This document shows, one piece after another, positions 57,609 to 64,000 of a DNA stretch of 64,000 nucleotides; positions within the stretch are counted from its first letter, which is position 1; each line of letters begins with the position of its first letter. Under the pieces are notes generated by a model. It was not told the origin of the DNA and did no database searches. It saw only the letters and a program-made list of their open reading frames with translations. The DNA is from Sedimentisphaerales bacterium. Its GTDB lineage: Bacteria; Planctomycetota; Phycisphaerae; Sedimentisphaerales; SM23-30. Made by a program: the position numbers and the translations under genes. The stretch is taken from NCBI GenBank assembly GCA_963666285.1, contig OY762711.1, one strand, 5' to 3'.

Positions 57609-60311
57609 GTGTTAACAGCTAAAGAGATACGTCAAGGTTATATCGATTTTTTTGAAGGGAAGTCCCATAAGTTTGTCCCGAGCAGTTCGGTTGTGCCTTT
57701 GGATGACCCTACATTGATGTTTACAAATGCGGGTATGAACCAGTTCAAAGATATTTTTGTGGGTGCCAAAAAAATCGAATTTCCACGTGCTGTCAACAGC
57801 CAGAAATGTATCCGGGTAAGCGGTAAGCATAATGATCTGGAGGAAGTTGGTCGCGATACCTACCATCATACCTTTTTTGAGATGCTGGGTAACTGGTCTT
57901 TTGGCGATTATTTCAAAGCAGAAGCTATCGAGTGGGCCTGGGAGCTGTTCACCAAGGTATGGAAACTTGATAAAAGTAAGCTGTATGCCACTGTTTTCGG
58001 CGGTGATGCAGATGATGGCCTTGAAGCTGATACTGAAGCAGAAGAACTTTGGAAAAAACTGACCGATATTGAGCCATCTCATGTTATGCGTTTCAGCAAA
58101 AAGGATAATTTCTGGGAGATGGGCGAAGTTGGTCCTTGCGGTCCGTGCAGCGAAATTCATATCGACCTGGGCCCGGAATTTTGTGATATGCCGGGTGTTG
58201 AAGGTCACGTTTGTGGTGTAAACGGTGATTGCGGCAGGTATATCGAGCTTTGGAACCTGGTATTTATCCAGATGGAGCGTCAGTCGGATGGTTCATTGAA
58301 GACACTGCCGAGCAAACATGTCGATACCGGTGCCGGGCTGGAACGTGTTGTGGCTGTTCTGCAAGGTAAGAGAAGCAATTACGATACAGACCTGTTTATG
58401 CCGATCATGACCGCGCTCGGTAAGTTGTGCGGTAAGGAATATACCAGTAAGCTGGGTGATGATAAAGACAACGCCTTCCGTGTAATTGCTGACCATGTTC
58501 GTATGCTGACATTCTCAATTACAGATGGGGCCTTGCCCAGCAATGCCGGTCGCGGATATATATTGAGACGCCTGCTCAGAAGAGCGGCTCGTTTTGGCTT
58601 GATCCTGGATATGAAAGAACCGTTTGTTTACAAACTGGTTCCTACCGTTGTTGAGATGATGGGTGATATGTTCCCTGAACTGGAAACTCGTAAAGAGCAT
58701 GTTATGACTGTTATCAAAGCAGAAGAGGATAGTTTTGTTCGTACCCTGGATAGAGGGATGGTGATTTTCGCAAATGATGTCGAAGAGCTCAAGGCTGCCG
58801 GCAAGAATGAACTGCCTGGCGATAAAGCATTCCGTCTATATGATACATATGGCTTCCCGGTTGATCTGACAGCGTTGCTGGCCGAGGAAAATGGGATGAC
58901 GGTTGATACAGAAGGTTTTGAGAAGCTTATGGACCAGCAGCGCGAACAGGCGCGTGCTGCCCAGAAGAGTGCAGTTTATGAAGGCGATGCTCTTGCTGAC
59001 AAACTTCCGGAGACAGATGACAGTTCGAAATATTCTGCATTATCGATTAAAGCCAATATTGTTGGTTTTGTCGATGGCGGTGAGTTTATTACCGAAGGTG
59101 TTATTCCTCCTGGCAGGGAAGTTGGCTTAATACTGGATAAGACTTGTGCCTATGCCGAAAGCGGCGGACAGGTTGGCGACCAGGCGGCTATTGTCGGTAA
59201 TAATGTGATTTTTGCGGTGAAGAATACTGTTAAAAGCGGAAAAGCAATTGTTCATTACGGCCAGACAGATATGTCCGGTTTGAATGTTGGCAGTGAAGTT
59301 TCGATTTCTATCGAATCTGTCCGCAGCGATACAACTAGAAACCATACGGCAACCCATCTCTTGCAGTGGGCCTTGCAGCAGGTTTTGGGAGATCACGTTC
59401 ACCAGGAAGGTTCTATGGTTTGCAGTGAATATCTGCGATTCGATTTTACTCATCCAAAGGCGCTGACTGTCGGTGAGATTACCGATGTCGAAAATCTGGT
59501 TCGCCAGAAGATAGCTGCCGGGCTTCCCGTTGAGGCTGAGGTAATGGCAGCGGACGATGCCAAGCAGCTTGGTGCCATGGCCTTGTTCAGTGAGAAGTAT
59601 GGTGATGAAGTCAGGGTTGTCGGTATTGGCGGCGATAGTAATATTGCAGATGCTTTTAGTAAAGAGTTCTGTGGCGGCTGTCATGTCGCGAATACATCAG
59701 AGATCGGCGCTTTTATGGTTACTCGTGAAGAGAGCGTTGCCACCGGTGTAAGAAGAATTACCGCTATGACCGGTCGGGCGTTAAACGAGATGATGTATGA
59801 AAACAGCAGGCTTATCAATCATATGTGTGTTCAGCTAAAGGCCAAGCCGCATGAACTTCCGGGCAGGGTAGATGCTCTGGTAGAAGAAACCAAGAAGCTC
59901 AAGAAACAACTCAAGAAAGGTGTTGCCGGTGACTTGAAAGGTGTTGTTGAGAAAATGCTTAATGACGCTGATCAGGTTGGTGACGCTAAAGTAATTATTG
60001 GCGAACTTCCGGAAGCTGGTGTTGATGCTGTTCGCAGTCAGATTGACTGGCTGAGGAAAAAAGCGGAAAGCTGTGTAATCGTTCTTGGAACACCGGCAGA
60101 AGATGGTAAAGTCATGTTGTTTGCGGCGGTGACTGATGACCTGGTAGGCAAAGGCGTAAAAGCCGGTGATATTGTCAAGCAGATAGCTCCGATTGTTGGC
60201 GGCGGCGGTGGCGGTCGTCCGCAAATGGCCCAGGCTGGTGGTAAAGATTCTGCTAAATTAGCTGATGCTTTAGCTAAAGCCAGGGAAATTGTCCTTGGAC
60301 AGTTGGGCTAG
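57609..60311 (+). CDS. alaS: Alanine--tRNA ligase
   Basis: DPTLMFTNAGMNQFK, HHTFFEMLGNWSFGDYFK, NHTATHLL, EFCGGCH, GGGGGRPQMAQAGG. Confidence 0.99.
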   Translation: MLTAKEIRQGYIDFFEGKSHKFVPSSSVVPLDDPTLMFTNAGMNQFKDIFVGAKKIEFPRAVNSQKCIRVSGKHNDLEEVGRDTYHHTFFEMLGNWSFGDYFKAEAIEWAWELFTKVWKLDKSKLYATVFGGDADDGLEADTEAEELWKKLTDIEPSHVMRFSKKDNFWEMGEVGPCGPCSEIHIDLGPEFCDMPGVEGHVCGVNGDCGRYIELWNLVFIQMERQSDGSLKTLPSKHVDTGAGLERVVAVLQGKRSNYDTDLFMPIMTALGKLCGKEYTSKLGDDKDNAFRVIADHVRMLTFSITDGALPSNAGRGYILRRLLRRAARFGLILDMKEPFVYKLVPTVVEMMGDMFPELETRKEHVMTVIKAEEDSFVRTLDRGMVIFANDVEELKAAGKNELPGDKAFRLYDTYGFPVDLTALLAEENGMTVDTEGFEKLMDQQREQARAAQKSAVYEGDALADKLPETDDSSKYSALSIKANIVGFVDGGEFITEGVIPPGREVGLILDKTCAYAESGGQVGDQAAIVGNNVIFAVKNTVKSGKAIVHYGQTDMSGLNVGSEVSISIESVRSDTTRNHTATHLLQWALQQVLGDHVHQEGSMVCSEYLRFDFTHPKALTVGEITDVENLVRQKIAAGLPVEAEVMAADDAKQLGAMALFSEKYGDEVRVVGIGGDSNIADAFSKEFCGGCHVANTSEIGAFMVTREESVATGVRRITAMTGRALNEMMYENSRLINHMCVQLKAKPHELPGRVDALVEETKKLKKQLKKGVAGDLKGVVEKMLNDADQVGDAKVIIGELPEAGVDAVRSQIDWLRKKAESCVIVLGTPAEDGKVMLFAAVTDDLVGKGVKAGDIVKQIAPIVGGGGGGRPQMAQAGGKDSAKLADALAKAREIVLGQLG

Positions 60312-60328
60312 ACAGTTAAAGGTGTGAT

Positions 60329-60601
60329 ATGAAAATCAGACGGCGTATTATTTTCAGCGGCCGCGTTCAGGGTGTAGGTTTCCGCTTCACCGCTGTACGT
60401 GTTGCTGCAAACTATGATGTCGCCGGATTTGTACGTAATATGGCTAACGGCAATGTCGAAGTTGAAATAGAAGGCAGCCGCAAGAATATACAGGACTTTA
60501 CCACCGAACTGGAAGATCGTATGCGGGGCAATATCCGGGAGATAAACTTTCAGGATATGCCCGTGGGCGGCAGTTATCATCGATTCGAGATACGGTATTA
60601 A
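60329..60601 (+). CDS. acyP: Acylphosphatase
   Basis: SGRVQGVGFR..GFVRN..GNVEVEIEG. Confidence 0.95.
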   Translation: MKIRRRIIFSGRVQGVGFRFTAVRVAANYDVAGFVRNMANGNVEVEIEGSRKNIQDFTTELEDRMRGNIREINFQDMPVGGSYHRFEIRY

Positions 60602-60710
60602 AGTATATAAATTGACGAATTAAGATGGCATCTGTAAATTGCCTTCATACTTATTGTTGCATGATAATTTCAAAGTTAGTTGTTTTAACCGTTAAATTGC
60701 CTGCCTCTTT

Positions 60711-60748
60711 GCAGCTTTCAAGCTCTTATCCCTTATCTCTTTTGCCTG
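60711..60748 (-). repeat. Inverted copy of the 11976-12021 heptamer element
   Basis: Minus strand caggcaaaagagataagggataagagcttgaaagctgc vs caggcataagagataagggatgaggcataagggcatgaaagccgc. Confidence 0.6.
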
Positions 60749-60774
60749 TAAATGACAATCTGTTAGTTTGAGTA

Positions 60775-60812
60775 AAAAAAAATCAGCCGGGCAGAATAAT
60801 TCCACCCGGCTG
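60775..60812 (-). terminator. Minus-strand intrinsic terminator
   Basis: A-tract + CAGCCGGG..CCCGGCTG. Confidence 0.6.
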
Positions 60813-61638
60813 GCCTGATTTTATCAATATACATTCATAATAGATATAATGTTATAATAGCATTCACTTTAATAAGTAAATAAATGTATATTGTGCCTGT
60901 TATATCGGCGTATTCAATTAGGTTATTTGTTCCATAGGCATATGTTTCCTTCCCGGCAATTGCCGATTGCGAGTATACCCAAAGCTGCATCTTTTGAGAT
61001 CTTTAGTGACTTCCGTGAGTAGTGTCAGCATAATACAAAGCTTAAATTAATTGATCTCTAAAGTAATACATCTCTGCAAATTTGGGCAGAATTACTCCTT
61101 AGGTTTATAAAACAGTGTCTTTTTTGTCTGAACTAAACGTACATTCTCTGTCATCCAATGCTTGGATCGCAAGATAAACTGTCGGAAAAACATCAAAGAA
61201 CAACTGCAAACCAGAAAAAAGGAAACTTTATTTTAAACACCCGGGGACCCGGGGTAATGGTTGGTAAATGAAGGCTTTTTGATAAATAAAAATAATAAAA
61301 ATAATAACAGTATAATATATTGCTTCAAATACAAACCAAATTTATAATAAAGCATTACTTGCTGGTTTGACCAAACCGACAATTGTTAATGTATGCAAAA
61401 TAAAGCTTTAAATAACCACCTGCCTTTCTGAAAAATGCGGGTTTTATATTCTTTACAATTAATTATACATCAGGAAATAGCTATTGACCACCTGTGTTAG
61501 TAAAAAAAATGGAAAAAGTTGCTAGTGGAAAATGATTATTAAGAAATATGACGACCTCTCGCTCTTAACGGTTTTCCTGAGGTCCCATATAATGTGCAGC
61601 TTGGAATAATTGAAATAGTACAGAAAAGGAATTTGACA

Positions 61639-63813
61639 ATGAGAAAATTATTGACTTTGTTATTTACTCTAACGCTTACCTCAATATCTGCTGTTGCTGC
61701 GGATCTGTCACTGCCGACTATATTTACAGATCATATGGTTCTGCAGCGTCAGCAGCCTGTTCCGGTATGGGGCAAAGCTTCTTCCGGCGCACTGGTAAAA
61801 GTTGAATTTGCCGGGCAGCAGCTTAGCGATACTGCCGATAAGGAAGGATCATGGCGAGTTGATTTGTCGCCATTAAAGGCGTCAAAGCAATCAAGGGCAT
61901 TGGTGGTAAGCTCTGGTGATGATAAAGTAGTAATAAATGATGTGCTTGTCGGCGAGGTCTGGCTTTGTTCCGGGCAGTCTAATATGGAATGGCCGATGCA
62001 CGGCAGTGAAAATGCCGCTGCTGAGATTGCTGCTGCTAATTACCCGGCGATCCGACTTTATAAAACTCCGCTGATTCCGTCCGTCAAACCGATGGAAAGA
62101 ATAAATTCCAAATGGCAGGTTTGTTCGCCGGATACTGTCAGATCTTTTTCGGCGGTCTCTTATTTCTTCGGCAGGAAGATTCATAATGATCTCGATGTTC
62201 CTGTTGGTTTGCTGCTCAGTGCCTGGGGCGGTACCAGGATAGAGCCTTGGACTCCCGCTTGTGGGTTTGAAGGCATTGATTCTTTGTCTGATATAAATAA
62301 CATGGTACAGAAAACACTGCCCGGCTGCCCCGAATATAAAAAGAGTTATAGCGAATATCTGAAGCAGCTTGACCAGTGGCAAAAAGATGCTGCCATTGCA
62401 ATTCAAAATAATGAATATGTACCCGACCATCCTGTATTAGCAAGAGATGTTGTTCTTGGCGGCGACCAACAGACAGCCACCAAACTTTACAATGGTATGC
62501 TCTATGCTCATGTGCCATTTGCTATAAAAGGTGCTATATGGTACCAGGGCGAATCGAATCATGGCGAAGGATTGTTATATGTTGACAAAACCAGGGCATT
62601 ACTCAATGGATGGCACAAAGTATGGGGCTATGATTTTCCTTACTATTTTGTTCAGATAGCTCCGTATCAATATGGTCAGGAAGACCCGGAAATTCTTGCT
62701 GAATTCTGGGAAGCTCAGGCCAGGATAGTTGAAACTATTCCCAATACCGGCATGGCAGTTGTCAGTGATTATACTACTTTGAATAATATCCATCCGCCAA
62801 ATAAAGTTGTTCCGGGCGAGCGTTTGGCCTTACTGGCTGAAGCTGATACTTATGGCATGGATGTTATCAGTACCGGTCCCGTTTTCAAAAAACTGGAAAA
62901 ACAAACCGGTGCACTTAAAATTTATTTCGATGCTGCTGAAGGTTTAACTACTCGTGATGGCAAGTCTCCTGACTGGTTTGAAGTTGCCGGTAGGGACAGG
63001 GTATTCAAAAAGGCAGATGCTGTTATTGACGGTAACGCCGTAATACTTACCTCTAAAGAAGTGTCTGAGCCGCTGGCTATGAGATTTGCCTGGCATAAAC
63101 TTGCTACTCCAAACCTGGTTAATAAAGCCGGTATTCCCGCGGCAGCCTTCAGAGCCGGCAAACTGCCCGTTACAAAGAACCCGGATATTTCTCAGTTGCC
63201 AGAAGCCGATGGATATCGTGTTGTCTACCAGGTAGAGGTTCCTTTTAATGCGAATTACGACCACAGCTTGCCAGGTTACACTGTCAACAATAGCAGCAAT
63301 ACCGGTAGCTTTGACAAGGTGGCGTATTTCTATGAACTCATCGGGAAAGATGGAATGGAGAAATACGCATTTGCATCTATGGAGAAATTCACTGATGATC
63401 TAAAGAAAATCGGCATACCGGTTTATTCCAGCAAGTCCTACTTCTTTAAAAAGGTTAATAACCTGACTGTAAGAAGTAATGTTCCCGGCGTGACCGCCTG
63501 TACCAATTCTGACGGTGGTAATATTGAATTCAGTCCGAGTAACTATGGCCAGGGCAATTCTGGCAGTATTCCTGGTGCTTCAAGTGATCGTTATGATTTT
63601 GGCGATGACAGCCCCGGCAATGCAACCGGCTATGGCAGTATGCAGGTTCATAACTGGAAAGAAAAACAGACTGTCTTTGCCCTCAACCATTGGGGCACTT
63701 CAGGTGTGCTTGATGTTGGTATCGGCAGCTCAAAAAAAGGTAATCCGGACTGGACCTTCGAAAATAATGCTGACAGGTATATGACTATTCGCCTTACAGT
63801 ATTGGTTAAATAA
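61639..63813 (+). CDS. Secreted sialate O-acetylesterase (SASA family) with C-terminal extension
   Basis: DHMVLQR, GEVWLCSGQSNMEW, WGGTRIEPW, IWYQGESN, IHPPNK. Confidence 0.93.
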   Translation: MRKLLTLLFTLTLTSISAVAADLSLPTIFTDHMVLQRQQPVPVWGKASSGALVKVEFAGQQLSDTADKEGSWRVDLSPLKASKQSRALVVSSGDDKVVINDVLVGEVWLCSGQSNMEWPMHGSENAAAEIAAANYPAIRLYKTPLIPSVKPMERINSKWQVCSPDTVRSFSAVSYFFGRKIHNDLDVPVGLLLSAWGGTRIEPWTPACGFEGIDSLSDINNMVQKTLPGCPEYKKSYSEYLKQLDQWQKDAAIAIQNNEYVPDHPVLARDVVLGGDQQTATKLYNGMLYAHVPFAIKGAIWYQGESNHGEGLLYVDKTRALLNGWHKVWGYDFPYYFVQIAPYQYGQEDPEILAEFWEAQARIVETIPNTGMAVVSDYTTLNNIHPPNKVVPGERLALLAEADTYGMDVISTGPVFKKLEKQTGALKIYFDAAEGLTTRDGKSPDWFEVAGRDRVFKKADAVIDGNAVILTSKEVSEPLAMRFAWHKLATPNLVNKAGIPAAAFRAGKLPVTKNPDISQLPEADGYRVVYQVEVPFNANYDHSLPGYTVNNSSNTGSFDKVAYFYELIGKDGMEKYAFASMEKFTDDLKKIGIPVYSSKSYFFKKVNNLTVRSNVPGVTACTNSDGGNIEFSPSNYGQGNSGSIPGASSDRYDFGDDSPGNATGYGSMQVHNWKEKQTVFALNHWGTSGVLDVGIGSSKKGNPDWTFENNADRYMTIRLTVLVK

Positions 63814-63938
63814 AAGATATATATGAAAATGTCCGTTCGAACGTGTCGTAAATAATAATGTTATTGTTATTTGCCTTCCGGGCGATCGGACAAAATCATA
63901 CACTCCTGTGTGTATAATTTATCGATAGAAAGATATTA

Positions 63939-64000
63939 ATGAAGTCATTAATGGAATATGATAAGGCCGGCTTTGAAAAGCTTGCAGTTGAGATCGGTAT
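63939..64000 (+). CDS. Possible 5' end of a gene running off the window (MKSLMEYDKAGFEKLAVEIG)
   Basis: Open frame from ATG 63939 to the window end; too short to identify. Confidence 0.35.
   Translation, partial: MKSLMEYDKAGFEKLAVEIG

Overview
Chromosomal window from a bacterium that is probably a Planctomycetota (Phycisphaerae/Sedimentisphaerales-like). This assignment is inferred from the VPAP/VPEP exosortase-type tails, dockerin proteins, a TPR-alphaCTD fusion and several sigma70 paralogues. Housekeeping genes (rpoN, recO, nifU-nifS, argG, PBP, apt, hisH, queG, pcm, crcB, alaS, acyP) alternate with accessory DNA. Highlights: (1) a stand-alone phage head module at 32.9-38.5 kb (SPP1-like portal, scaffold, SU10/DUF5309-type capsid, putative adaptor). 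It has no terminase, tail, integrase or lysis gene in the window, and its ORFs are intact although a MITE and an IS701-like element sit in two of its intergenic gaps, so it is a candidate domesticated capsid or GTA-like system. (2) A modular surface-protein cluster at 44-55 kb: duplicated dockerin plus PEP-CTERM gene pairs and a 7-cadherin protein built from domains shared with its neighbours. (3) A sigma70 paralogue with a perfect sigma54 promoter and enhancer-like palindromes. (4) A dispersed purine-rich heptamer plus hairpin repeat family associated with four-helix-bundle genes, one of them in a 419-bp tandem array. There are two complete IS elements with TSDs and a two-copy MITE. No rRNA, tRNA or CRISPR was seen. 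All protein calls come from motif recognition by eye, not database searches.
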